Part shown: piece after piece, positions 49,229 through 61,151 of the stretch
How positions within the stretch are numbered: the first letter of the stretch is position 1
How the letters are laid out: each line of letters opens with the position of its first letter
Source of the DNA: Malacoraja senta
Lineage: Eukaryota
Direction: 5' to 3'
NCBI GenBank assembly: GCA_038087875.1
Contig: CM075989.1
Span: forward strand, 21,888,001-21,951,889
DNA length: 63,889 nt
The notes under the pieces: model-generated
Databases searched by the model: none
Told to the model about the DNA's origin: nothing
Seen by the model: the letters and a program-made list of their open reading frames with translations, nothing else
Translations under genes and position numbers: made by a program

Positions 49229-50285
49229 CTAGACTAAGTGGGACCTGTTGGGTCCCAGCATCACACGGGAGGGCTGGTTTCACAACGCAATATTCCACCT
49301 CTCCACCAATTCCAATATTGGTGGCCATTTCAAGCAGGGTGCAAGGCCACTGAAGACAGCGAGTCGTGACCTCTCCCTCCTCCATCTTGCAGAGACTGAG
49401 CCACGCCCACACTTCTGGGTTTTATAGTCCCTCCCCCCCTCCCACCAACAGGGGCGTGGCCTTCATGGCACGATTGACAGGAGAGAGAATCTCAACGTTT
49501 TTAAAAACACTAATAACTCTTTTATTTTTCATCGATGGGAAAAGTCCTCGGCACCTGATGGGCGGAGGGGGACTCTGAGTAAGATGGCCAAAAATCACAG
49601 CCATACGTGGCAGCGTTTTTTCTAAAATCAATACAAAGCGCAAACAGGAAGTGGTCAAGATTAGACTTTTAATTATATAGAAGGCAAGGCAACTTTAATT
49701 AGGCAAGGCAACTTTAATTAGGCAAGGCAACTATAATTAGGCAAGGTAAATTTAATTAGGCAAGGCAACTTTAATTAGGCAAGGCAACGATAATTGGGCA
49801 AGGCAACTTTAATTAGGCAAGGCAACTTTAATTAGGCAACACAGCTTTCGCATTTCCAAACCAAAGGCAACACAGCTTTAGCATTTCCAAACTATATTTT
49901 CAAACCACATTAAGGGCACTGACAGGTCAGTAAAACCACTCACAGTTTAGTAGACATGTGTTCGGTGTTATTCACAGCTCAGACTGAGAGACGTGACCCT
50001 CTCGGTCCACCATCTTGCAGAGACTGACTGAGGCACTCAACACTTCCGGGTTTTATGGTCCCTCCAGAAAGGGCGTGGCCTTCAGGAGAGAGAATCTCAA
50101 CATTTGTTAAACACTAATAACTCTTTTATTTTTCATCGATGGGAAAAATCCTCTTGCCCTGCGCAGCGGAGGGTGACTCTGAGTAAGATGGCCGAAAATC
50201 ACAGCCGTAAGTGGCAGCGTTTTTTCTCAAATCAATATACAGAATAACAGGAAGTGGTCAAGATCAGACTTTTAGTAATATAAGA
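49229..50285 (-). mobile_element. Non-autonomous Helitron with two 5' termini
   Basis: Minus strand A|TC...CTAG|T; hairpin TGGGACC-5nt-GGTCCCA at 49239-49257; no TSD. Confidence 0.85.
49682..49840. repeat. 19-bp minisatellite AGGCAAGGCAACTTTAATT, 8 copies, inside the Helitron
   Basis: Directly visible tandem units. Confidence 0.95.
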
Positions 50286-50948
50286 TAAATAATCCCTATT
50301 CCTTTCCTCACCTCCTGCTGTCAAGCTGCATTTCTAATTGGCTGAGGGTCACTGCAACTAAGTTGGGTACCCCTTTAAATATGTGCAAAGGTGGCCAATG
50401 ATGCTATTAAGACCTCAAATTAATTTTATTTGAAAGGGTTTGTGAGGTGATTACTCTGCCACCAGAATAATTGTGCCGGTTTTGGGGATGTATTCTTTCA
50501 CGTAACTCCATTTAAATTCTCAGCCTCAGGGGGCTGTGGAGGCTGGTCCTCTGGATGCTTTCAAGAGAGAGCTAGATAGAGCTCTTGTAGATAGCGGAGT
50601 CAGGGGATATGGGGAGAAGGCAGGAACGGGGTACTGATTGGGGATGATCAGTCATGATCACATTGAATGGCGGAGCTGGCTCAAAGAGCCGAATAGCCTA
50701 CTCCTGCACCTATTGTCTATTGTCTATAAAGAAAGAGCAAAGTGAATCATAGAGAAAGGTTAGGCCCTGGTTTACTGACCATGCAGAAGCTTGGTTGCAT
50801 TATCAGAGTATGGATTGATTTGCTGCTACCTTGCAAGGCCTGAGATCCCCGGTTCAATCCTGACCTTAGATGCTGTCCTTTGTGGAGTTTGCACGTTCTC
50901 CCTGTGACCACAAAGAATTCCTTCGGGCGCTCCGGTTTCCATCTACCA

Positions 50949-51258
50949 TTAGTTTAGTTTAGTTTGGAGATTCCACGCAGAAACACGCCCTTCGGCCCAT
51001 CGAGTCGGCACCGACCAGTGATCCCCGCACGTTAATACTATCATACACACACTAGGAACAAATTACACTTGTACCAAGCCAATTAACCTACAAACCTGTA
51101 CGTCATTGGAGTGTGGGAGGAAAGCGTAGATCTAGGAGAAAACCCACGCAGTCACAGGAGAACGTACAAACTCCGTAGAGACAGCACCCCTAGTCGGGAT
51201 CGACCCTGGGTCTCAGGTGCTGCAAGCGCTGGAAGGCAGCAACTCTACTGCTGTGCCG
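50949..51258 (-). mobile_element. HE1/V-SINE-type SINE inserted in an older SINE
   Basis: Full reverse copy; older plus-strand SINE pieces on both sides. Confidence 0.8.
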
Positions 51259-51504
51259 CTGTGGATGTATTTAAATCCTGAAGATGTGCGGGTTTGTAGG
51301 TTAGTTGGTCTCTGTAAATTGTGGAGGGAATGGATGTGAAAATGGAATAACATAGAACTAGTGTGAACAGGTGATCGATGGTCAATGATGGACATGGTAG
51401 GCCGAATGGGCCTATTTCTACGCTATATCTTTCAATCAACATATCTTGATTCATAAAGTAAATTTCTGAAATTTAAAAAATATCAATTGTCATCAATATC
51501 TATC

Positions 51505-51815
51505 TGGGACTAGAGGTCATAGCCTCAGAATTAAAAGATGTTCTTTTAGGAAGGAGATGAAGAGAATTTTTTTTAGTCAGAGGCTGGTGAATCTGTGGAA
51601 TTCTTTGCCACAGAAGGCTGTTGAGGCCATTAGTGGATATTTTTAAGGCAGAGATAAACAGATTCTTGATTAGTACGGGTGTCAGAGGTTATGGGGAGAA
51701 GGCAGGAGAATGGGATTAGGAGCGAGAGATAGATCAGCCATGATTGAATGGCGGAGTAGACCTGATGGGACGAATGGCCTAATTCTACTATTCCTTATGA
51801 TCTTATGACCTTATG
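51505..51815 (+). mobile_element. CR1 LINE 3' fragment
   Basis: TRGHSLRIK..QRLVNLWNSLPQKAVEA and 3' UTR. Confidence 0.85.
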
Positions 51816-53285
51816 ACACTGAGAGGCTCCGTCAATTAATAACTCTAAAAACACCAGGAATAGGTAAGCTGAATGCACTGTATTTTATCCAGGGTAGGGG
51901 ACTCAAGAACTGGAGGATGTGGATTTAAGGTGAGTGGGCAAAATTTAATAGGAACCTGAGGGGAAACATTTTCAGTCAGAGGGTTGCAGGCAAATGGAAC
52001 CATCTGCTAGAGGAGGTAGACGAGCAGGTGCTATGACAGCATTTAAAAGATCCTTGGACAGGTGCATGGACAGAAATGGTTTAGAGGGATATGGCCAAAA
52101 CGCAGGCAAATGGGACTGGCTTAGATGTGTTATCTTGGTCGGCATGGACAGATTGGGTTGAAGGGCCTGTTTCTGCAGAAACCAGGAACTGTTGATGCCG
52201 GTTAATACACAACGTTATGGTTAGGTGGAGCATTTTGGTCGGCATGAATGCGTTGGGATAAATGGCTTGTTTCCACCCTGTATGACTCTATGATTTAATG
52301 TGTGCATTGTTTAAGACAGAAACATGAGAGGCGTTGATGCATGGTAATAGTATGTGTGGAGAATGATTGCATGAAGGAACTCATCAGCGCTTGTGCAGGA
52401 GCTGAATTGGAGCCAAAAGATCACGTCTTCTGGCAGTGACACTATTCTTTGCAAGGACTGGCAACTATTCCATTGCATACCATACCATCGGGACCCAGGC
52501 TCGATCCTGACTATGGATGCCTTCTGTACGGAGTTGGTATGTTCTCCCTGTGACCTGATTAGTACGGGTGTCAGGGGTTACGGAGAGAAGGCAGGAGAAT
52601 AGGGCTAGGATGTACAGATGAATGATTGAATGGCGGAGTGAATGGCGGAGTAGACTTGATAGGCTGAATAGCCTAATTCTGCTCCTAGCACTTATGAACA
52701 TGAACCTGTGTGGATTTTCTCTGGGTGCACCACTTTCCTCTTACACTACAAAGACAGACAAGATTGTAGGTGAATTGGTTTGGTAAAACTGTACAAAATC
52801 ATCCTCAGTGTGTCGGATAGTGTTAGTTTGCGGGGATCACTGGTCGGCACGGACTCGGTGGGCCGAAGGGCCTGTTTCTGCGCTGTATCTCTATACTAAA
52901 CTAAAAATGCTGCCTGACCTGCTGAGTTCCTCTAACACCTTGGGTTTTTTTTTTGCAGGAAAGCCAAGAATGTTGACAATTTGCTGTAATCTACATAGAG
53001 CGTTCCACAAAGTACATTGCCTGCAGCTTCAAGCATCAGTTTGTGTTGGTAGAAACCTGCACTGTGCAAATAATGACATCATTAAATGCACACCTAATTC
53101 CAGGAAAAGGTTGGGCTCTCAAACCTGGAACACAATTTGAAATACCAGGTCCAATTTCATGATTTCACCCATGAAAGATTGTTGGCATGATAAACACTTC
53201 ATGTAATCAATTTGGAGTTGGGTAGTTTTTCTTACTAAGTTCTTTGCAAGCCAATAAGCTTTATTCCTCTTCAATGCTTATAGTT

Positions 53286-53420
53286 CGTTCACTAGTGTGT
53301 CAGACGATGTTGCTTTTGGCTTCTGTTGTCGTCCAACATGTTGACAGAATTGTCGGCCGACGCGTCACAGAGTGCATCGCGTCCAGGGATCGCCACGAGG
53401 AGGCTTCTGTCATGTTCCCC
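53286..53420 (-). mobile_element. 135-bp ribozyme-headed SINE-like insertion with 12-bp TSD
   Basis: ATGCTTATAGTT at 53274-53285 and 53421-53432; begins at ribozyme G1; tail CATCGTCTGACACACTAGTGAACG resembles RTE/BovB 3' ends. Confidence 0.85.
53342..53420 (-). ncRNA. HDV-like self-cleaving ribozyme fold
   Basis: GGGGAAC-A-TGACAGAA-GCC-TCCTCGT-GGC-GATCCCT-GG-[P4 ACGCG/CGCGT]-CGGCCGACAA-TTCTGTCA; P1, P1.1, P2, P3 and P4 all pair. Confidence 0.85.
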
Positions 53421-53479
53421 ATGCTTATAGTTAGAATGGAGAATAGGGTTAGAAGGTCCCGGAATAAAACATGTTCCGG

Positions 53480-53820
53480 TTGCAGGAAACATGTTCCCGA
53501 TGTTGGGGGAGTCCAGAACCAGGGGCCACTCAGTTTAAGAATAAAGGGTAAGCCATTTAGAACGGAGACGAGGAAACACTTTTTCACACAGAGAGTGGTG
53601 AGTTTGTGGAATTCTCTGCCTCAGAGGGCGGTGGAGGCCGGTTCTCTGGATACTTTCAAGAGAGAGCTAGATAGGGCTCTTAAAGATAGCAGAGTCAGTG
53701 GATATGGGGAGAAGGCAGGAACGGGGTACTGATTGGGGATGATCAGCCATGATCACATTGAATGGCGGTGCTGGCTCGAAGGGCCAAATGGCCTACTCCT
53801 GCACCTATTGTCTATTGTCT
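53480..53820 (+). mobile_element. CR1 LINE 3' fragment
   Basis: SLRIKGKPFRTETRKHFFTQRVVSLWNSLPQ; (CTATTGT)n tail. Confidence 0.9.
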
Positions 53821-54304
53821 AAAACAAATCTCTTTAAAGTGCATAAGAAAAAATGTATTGAAACATCAGAACTGGAATATGCTGCCTGACCCGCTGTGTT
53901 ATTCTAGCACTTTGTATTTTACGCAAGATTCCAGCACCTGCAGTTCCTTGTGTCTCTATTTAAGAAATCTGAACTTTCCTTACTCTATCCAAACTAATTT
54001 CAAGTAACCTTATAAAGATATTCAAAATCAGAACAAAGTTTTTCACTGTTTCTCAGTAAACCTGACAATAATAAAAACAATATCAATACCAACAACTATT
54101 TTGATGTAGACATATGGATCTCCAGATGCTGGTTTACAAAACAAGACACAAAGTGTTGGAGGAATTCAACGGCTCAGGCAGAATCTCTGGAAGACATGGA
54201 TAGGGGATGTTTCGGATCGGGACCCTTCTTCAGACTAATCCTAGTAGGTGGGAGAAACCTTAGAAAAGAGGTGGGTCAGGACAAAGCCTCAAGTGATAGA
54301 TTGA

Positions 54305-54593
54305 TACTCAGGTAGAAGGTACAGGAGCCTGAAGACTGCAACGACCAGGTTCAGGAATAGCTACTTCCCCACAGCCATCAGGCTATTAAACCTGGCTCAG
54401 ACAAAACACTGAACTTTATTAGCCAATTAACTGTTATTTGCACTTTATCAGTATATTGATTCATGTGTGTATATATTTATAGAATGCCTTGTAGTCAATG
54501 CCTACTATGTTCTGTTGTGCTGAAGCAAAGCAAGAATTTCATTGTCCTATCAGGGACACACGACAATAAACTCACTTGAACTTGAACTTGAAC
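54305..54593 (+). mobile_element. Rex1/Babar LINE 3' end
   Basis: SGRRYRSLKTATTRFRNSYFPTAIRLLN; (CTTGAA)n tail. Confidence 0.85.
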
Positions 54594-54692
54594 TACTAGT
54601 CAGGATTTCTATTTCTTGGTAGATATGTGGACAAAGGCCAGAGATGAACACAAGACTAACTGATAAGAAGAGGGGTAAACTGCGAAGGAAGG

Positions 54693-54908
54693 TGTAGGAA
54701 GGAACTGCAGATGCTGGTTTAAACCGAAGATAGACACAAAATGCTGGAGTAACTCAGCGGCACAGGCAGCATCTCTGGAGAGAAGGAATGAGTGACGTTT
54801 TGGGTTGAGAGACTTCTTCACCAGTCTGAAGAAGGGTTTTGACCTGAATCGTCACCCATTCCTTCTCTCCAGAGATGCTGCCTGTCCCGCTGAGTTACTC
54901 CAGCATTT
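54693..54908. mobile_element. Penelope pLTR palindromic element
   Basis: Near-perfect inverted arms; imperfect flanking repeat TAAACTGCGAAG / TAAATTGTGAAG. Confidence 0.8.
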
Positions 54909-56404
54909 AGATTAAATTGTGAAGCCAGAGGAAGGGATATAGGTGGAAGGGGAGGAAGGGAGTGCAAGTGTTTGACTTGATCTTTGGAAATGATACCATA
55001 ACAACATTTAAAAGATACTTGGACACTGTGAAGGAAGAACCTTTTTGTTCAGAAGGAATCCAACTAGTTATTTGAATGAAAATGAAGTAAACAAGAGATT
55101 CAGGATTTAAGCAATAGAGTTGGGGGGGGGGGGGGGGTCAATGTGTTTTCGCTCGTGGATCGAGGATAGGAGAGGAGGTGGAAGGAGACAGTGATGGCAG
55201 TTGGACAAAGGGCCCAGTGAGAAGAACCAGGGGGTCTGAAGAAGGGTCTCGACCCAAAACGTCACCCGTTCCTTCACTCCAGAGATGCTGCCTGTCCCGC
55301 TGAGTCACTCCAGCATTTTGTGCCAGTCTTAGGTTTAAACCAGCATCTGCAGTTCCTTCCTACACAGGGGGGTCTTACCTTCTGTGCCCTTGAGATCGGC
55401 TGCGGGAGAGCCCCCCCCCCCCCCCCCGGGGAACAAGGGCTGGAGAGGGAGATCGGTTGGCGGGACGACCGGAACGGAGGCGACGGCTGCAAAAGGTCTT
55501 TGTGGCCAGCTGCAGCTAGGACTCTATAATGGTGCCAAAATGGAGCCTCTTGCGTATTGGGCAGTTCTGTACATTCTTCACTGACTGGGGCAATTGTGCT
55601 TATGTATGAATGGTGATAGCCTTGCTGAGTTGTATTGCAAAAAATGTGTTTCACTGTACCTGGTCCACGTGACAATAGAGAGACCATTGAACAACTGACT
55701 CACAAAGAGAAAAATGCTGGCAAATACTTGAGGCAAATAACTTTTGTTTTCATGCCGTGCGGTATTATTCTGCAATTCTTTTCCAACGGCCCATACTGAA
55801 TAGCCATGTTCGACTGTAAAGGAATGTGCTGGGCTGTGATTGCTTTTACATTTGAATAGCCTGGTAAAAGATGTTGTGGTTTAGTGTACATGTTAAGAAT
55901 GGCTCCTTGAACAAGTTATTGGGTGGCTGCCAAAACCAGTGAAATCATAGCCCAGCAAAAGTGAACGTTATAGGCAAAGGGAGGAAAGTAAAACAGGAGA
56001 GAGATCTTCAAGCCCAAAGACCACCAACTGATAGCAAAATAAATCTCATGCAGATGAGTGGTGTGCGGGAAAGCTGCCTTTTGTCCATCAGTCCGTTTTA
56101 TTATACAGTGGCACAGTGGTGGAGTTGCTGCCTCACAGCAGCAGAGACCCAGGTTCGATCCTGATCACCGCGCTGTCTGTGCTGAGTTTGAACGTTCTGC
56201 TTGTGACCACGTGGGTTTTCTCCGGGTGTTCTGGTTTCCTCCTGCGTTCCAAAGACGTGCAGGTTTGTCGGTTGATTGGCTTCTGTACATTGTCCCTAGT
56301 GTGTAAGGTGTGAAAGCGGGATAGCATTGCAAGGAGGACATGGTCATTTTATCCGTTAACACCCGATGTACAGGCAGAATCGTTGAAAGTGATAAGTACC
56401 ATGC

Positions 56405-56710
56405 ACACGGCGGTACTGCTGTCTCACAGCGCCAGAGACCCGGGTTCGATCCTGGCTTCTGGTGCTGTCTGCCTGGAGTTTGTACGTTCTCCCTGTGACC
56501 GCGTGGGTTCCCTCCAGGTGCTCCGGTTCCCCCCCACATTCCGACAGATGTGCAGGTTTGTAGGTTATTTGGCCCTCTGTAAATTGACTCCTAGTGTGTA
56601 AGGAGTGGATGAGAAAGTGGGATAACATAGAACTAGTTTAAAAGGGTGATTGATGGTCGGTGAACATTCGCTGGGCCAACTGGTCTGTTTCCATGCTGCA
56701 TCTTTCAGTC
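56405..56710 (+). mobile_element. V-SINE-type SINE (second subfamily)
   Basis: B box GGTTCGATCC, V-domain, tail with GGGATAACATAGAACTAG; another SINE at about 56105-56320. Confidence 0.8.
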
Positions 56711-56989
56711 AATTTAATCAAAGACTGGAATATAAAGACTTTATAACACTGTCCATTCTCTGGGCCTGTACTCGCTGGAGTTCAGAAGGATGAGGGGGGA
56801 ATCTCTTTGAAACCTACCGAATAAATAAAAGCCTGGATGGAGTGGATGTGGAGTGGATGTTTCCAGTAGTGGGAGAGTCTAGGAGGAGAGTGCACAGCCT
56901 CAGAATAAAAGGACGTACCTTTGGAATGGAGATGAGGAGGAATTTATTTAGCCAAGTGTGTGGTGAGGCCAAGTCATTGGATAGTCTTA

Positions 56990-57310
56990 AACCCCTGTCC
57001 CACGGTACGAGTTCATTCCAAGAGTTCTCCCGAGTTTGCCCTGATTCGAACTAGGAGATTTACGGTAATGGCCACTCGTCGGTACTCGGGGATCTCGTGG
57101 ACATTTTTCATCGTGTTGAAAAATCTTCACGAGTCTTCCCGTGCTTACCTGCCGTTAGCGAGTCTTCCCGAGTACCTGCCGTTAGCGCTAAGAGACGTCC
57201 CCGAGCTCCGACGTACCCGCTACGTTCATTCTCCGTGCTTACCACGAGTTTGATTTTTTTTTAAACTCGGGAGAGCTCTTGGAATGAACTCGTACCGTGG
57301 GACAGGGCTA
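56990..57310. mobile_element. PIF/Harbinger-type MITE with long TIRs, inserted in a CR1 fragment
   Basis: CCCTGTCCCACGGTACGAGTTCATTCCAAGAG..CTCCCGAGTTT mirrored at the right end; TTA TSD at 56987-56989 and 57311-57313; host CR1 about 56760-57460. Confidence 0.9.
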
Positions 57311-58008
57311 TTAAAGTAGAGATTGATACTCTCTTGACTAGTATTATTGTCAGGAGTTATAGGGAGAAGGCAGGAGAATGGGGTTGATAGGGAGAGATAG
57401 ATCAGCCATGATTGAATGGCGAGTAGACTTGATGGGCCGAATGGCCTAAGTTAGCTCCTATGTCCTACAATCATCTACCCAACCCTGCCCACTCCTCCTC
57501 CTTTACCCCAATAAAACTGGCTGTCCTGTGATCAATTCCACTCATCCATTATTCCCCCAGGTATTCACTAATTGGTGTGTACAGTAAAGCTACCAGAAGT
57601 TTGTGTAAATAGTTAACGCACTTTTTTTCTCCTCTGCATAAGAATATCGAAGAATAATACCAAAAATAAAGGGAGCTATAATTGGAGAATTATTCATCTG
57701 TGTTTTCTTCTATTTTTGAGTTATTAGTGAACATTGTCTTTTGCTGTGCAAAATAATCCTCTTTTTCACTTCAAAGGCAATATTTACGGGTTCATTCTTT
57801 GTCACAATCTGAGATTTGTTTGAAATATGTTGCCAGCCTAAAGTTTACTACAAAAGCTTAATCAAAGAAAAGTACCAAGCAATCCAAACTGTTTCAGTTC
57901 TGCATTCGTCTGTATATGAGGGACTTCTCAGCAGCTTCTTCGTTGTAGAAGGACATAAAATGCTGGAGCAACTCAGCGGGACAGGCAACATCTCTGGAGA
58001 GTAGGAAT

Positions 58009-58044
58009 GGGTGACGTTTCGGGTCGAGACCCTTCTTCAGACTA
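58009..58044 (-). ncRNA. Minimal hammerhead ribozyme motif, intact core
   Basis: Minus strand reads CTGAAGA AGGGTCTCGACCC GAAAC GTC ACC. Confidence 0.65.
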
Positions 58045-58469
58045 AATATTCCGACTACATCTCCATCCCTCACCAGGAAGGTCTTAAATCCCTCCACTTC
58101 TTCCTTGAACACAGAACCAGACAATTTCTCTGTCTCAACACCCTCCTCTGCCTAGAAGCACTGGTCCTTTACTCCTCAGTCTGAAGAAGGGTCTCGACCC
58201 AAAACGTCACACATTCCTTCTAGTCAGAGATGTTGCCTGTCCCGCTGAGGTACTCCAGCATTTTGTGTCTATATTCGGTGTAAACCAGCATCTGCAGTTC
58301 CTTCCGACACAGCTTCTCAGCTATATCTGATCAAAAATGCATGTGAAAATGTTGTGGTTAGTTAGGGAAGGAATTGTGGAGGATCATACAGAGATAGTTT
58401 CATCTTTAGCCATGGCTGAAGTTCCAGGAGATTGGAGGGTGGCTAATGTTGTACCGTTATTTCACTGTG

Positions 58470-58770
58470 GATGCTCCGTGGATTGTCACCTTGTCGTGGT
58501 GGAGAAGCTTGTGTGGTCCTGAGAGCGATGCCGTCTGGAGCTATGCTCCTGCTAGGGCCACACATGGCGGTAAGGTCGAGGGGCAGGACTCTGACAAAGA
58601 GCAATCCAACCAAGACCTCAACGGTGGAACAGGCGGAGGATGATGGCTGACTTTAGTGGAGCGTCACAACGGCTGGGAAGGCTGCAGCAGAAAAGGGTCT
58701 CCGATCGACTTGGACTCCATGCCACTGGATCCTGACCCAGATCTGTCAAGGGCCATGTGGAGGCTGTCTG
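58470..58770 (+). mobile_element. RTE-clade (Expander/Rex3/BovB-like) 5' UTR fragment
   Basis: CACCTTGTCGTGGTGGAG..GGAGCTATGCTCC..TAGGGCCAC.CATGGC..AGGTC..GACAAAGAGC resembles RTE 5' ends as recalled. Confidence 0.75.
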
Positions 58771-58812
58771 ATGGGCTGAGGGAGAGCTGGGAAGGGGAGG
58801 AGAAAGCCGGGA

Positions 58813-59556
58813 CTACCTGCTATTAGAGAAGTCAATGTTCATACCGCTGGGGTGTAAACTACCCAAGCGAAATATGAGGTGCTGCTCCTCCAATTTACAG
58901 TGGGCCTCACTCTGGCCATGGAAGAGCCCCAGGACAGAAAGGTTGGATTCGGGATGGGAGGGGGAGTTGAAGTGCTGAGCCACCAGGAGATCAGGTTGGT
59001 TATTGCGAACCGAGCGGAGGTGTTGGGCGAAGCGATCGCCAAGCCTGCGCTTGGTCTCACCGATGTAGAGCAGCTGACACCTTGAGCAGCGGATGCAATA
59101 GATGAGGTTGGAGGAGGTGCAGGTGAACCTCTGCCACACCTGGAAAGACTGCTTGGGTCCTTGAATGGAGTCAAGGGGGGAGGTAAAGCGACAAGTGTAG
59201 CATTTCCTGCTGTTGCAAGGGAAAGTGCCAGGAGAGGGGATGGTTTGAGTGGGAATGGACGAATTGACCAGGGAGTTACGGAGGGAGCGGTCTCTGCGGA
59301 AAGCAGAAAGGGGAGGAGATGGGAAAATGTGGAAAGTGGTGGGATCCCGTTGGAGGTGGCGAAAATGTCGGAGGATTATTTGTTGTATGTGACGGCTGGA
59401 AGGGTGGAAGGTGAGGACAAGGGGGACTCTGCTGCCCTTGTTGCGAGTGGGTGGATGGGGAGTGAGAGCAGAGTTACGGGGTATAGAAGAGACTCTGGTG
59501 AGAGCCTCATCTATAGTAGAAGAGGGGAACCACCGTTCCCTGAAGAATGAGGACAT
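58813..59556 (-). CDS. Penelope-like element ORF C-terminus with GIY-YIG endonuclease (truncated copy, about 58770-59645)
   Basis: C..C..C motif, FTCTSSNLIYCIRCSRCQLLYIGET, RF..H, VAQHFN, LEEQHLIFRLG. Confidence 0.92.
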   Translation of the reverse strand: MSSFFRERWFPSSTIDEALTRVSSIPRNSALTPHPPTRNKGSRVPLVLTFHPSSRHIQQIILRHFRHLQRDPTTFHIFPSPPLSAFRRDRSLRNSLVNSSIPTQTIPSPGTFPCNSRKCYTCRFTSPLDSIQGPKQSFQVWQRFTCTSSNLIYCIRCSRCQLLYIGETKRRLGDRFAQHLRSVRNNQPDLLVAQHFNSPSHPESNLSVLGLFHGQSEAHCKLEEQHLIFRLGSLHPSGMNIDFSNSR

Positions 59557-60611
59557 CTCCGATGCCCTGGTGTGGAAAACCTCGTCCTGGGTGCAGTAGC
59601 GGCGTAGACGGAGGAATTGTGAGTAGGGGATGGAGTCCTTATGGTTGAGTTGCTTTCACCCCAAGATTGAACTGGTTAAGCCAGAGTGTATAAACAAATC
59701 ATTCTTCATGTGGTTTGGTGTGAAAATTACAACAGGGAAGGGATTTAGACAATGCGTTTGGTTTGAGCTGTAGTACATGACAAATGGGTGAACTCATGCA
59801 AATCCTGGTTCATTTGCAAACACAATAGATTTCATGACGCTGCCTTCATTCTGACATCAATTTATAGAATGAGCTCTTTTATCTTTTGCCAATTTGTCCT
59901 CCCCCAGCTCTCTGGAAGGTGTTGGCCTATTTCTGGTTCATATTTCCAAGGTGCATTAATTTTTTTGTCAAACTTGACAAAATGTGTGTGACTAGGTCCC
60001 AAATTAAAACCATTCTGATTCTATTTGAAGCAAGATATTCAGAAGGTGAAAATCTGACACACACTGCAAAATGCCAATTTTACTCAGCGGGTCAGTCAGC
60101 ATCTCTGTAATGAGGAACAGAGTCATTACTTCAGGTCAATAACCTTTCATAATGAAGAAAAAATCCAATTCTCTCTCCTGCTCTGCCAATGGCTCATTCC
60201 AGCAGTAAGTTTGAACACTGTGTGTGGCACCTGGACTGAAAGGACCTAGCTGTAGAATTCCATTTTATTTTGCATGTCACTCCTCCTCTTCTTTCCTTAT
60301 TTGACAATCTTCTGTCTCTGTTTTCACTTCCAGACTTTGGGACAATGAACAGCTCCCCCCTCCCTCCCCCCTCCCTCCCCACTCCCTCCCCACTCCCTCC
60401 TCCCCCCCACCTCAACCCTTCCCGCATCCTCCACCACACACCCCCATCAACCCCCCTCCACCATCCCCATCCACCTATCACTTGTGTAGGAAGGATCTGG
60501 AGATGCTGGTTTATACCGAAGATAGACATAAAACGATGGAGTAACTCAAAGGGTCAGGCAGCATCTCTGGAGAAAAAGAATAGGAGATGTTTTGGGTCAG
60601 GCCCCTTCTTT

Positions 60612-60925
60612 AGGCGGCATGGTGGCGCAGCGGTAGAGTTGCTGCTTTACAGCGCCAGAGACCAGGGTCCGATCCCGACTACGGTGCTGTCTGTAGAGAG
60701 TTTGTACGTTCTCCCTGCGACCGCGTGTTTTTTTTTTTCTGAATCTCTGGTTTCCTCCCACACTCCAAAGACGTACGGGCTTGTAGGTTAATTGGCTTTG
60801 GTAAAATTGTAAATTGTCCCTAGTGCGCGTAGGATGGTGTTAGTGTGCGGGGATCGCTGGTCGGCGCGGACTCGGTGGGACCCGAGGGGCCTGTTTCCGC
60901 TCTGTATCTCTAGACCAAACTGAAC
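60612..60925 (+). mobile_element. HE1/V-SINE-type SINE
   Basis: A box TGGCGCAGCGG, V-domain, tail. Confidence 0.88.
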
Positions 60926-61151
60926 ACTACCTTTGGGGAACTGTGCACTTGTACTCCAAGATATCGCTCTTTTGGAACATTAATGGAGTGATAACCAGGC
61001 AACATCTATAAATGGGATAGGGCCATTCCTAATTCTGTTCCGCTTTTCTCTTTCAGGAGAGGGAGCAAGGTGGAAGAAAAAAGAAACTGCTGAACATTGT
61101 GGATGTTCTTGGTACCGTTCCATACCTCTAGGTTCCCTCTCCACGGACTCT

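Noticed and set aside
49682..49840. CRISPR-like array
   Set aside because: Contiguous repeats without spacers, in vertebrate DNA, with no cas genes.
61040..61120. Possible exon after the acceptor-like TTTTCTCTTTCAG
   Set aside because: Weak donor, unrecognised peptide, no partner exons.
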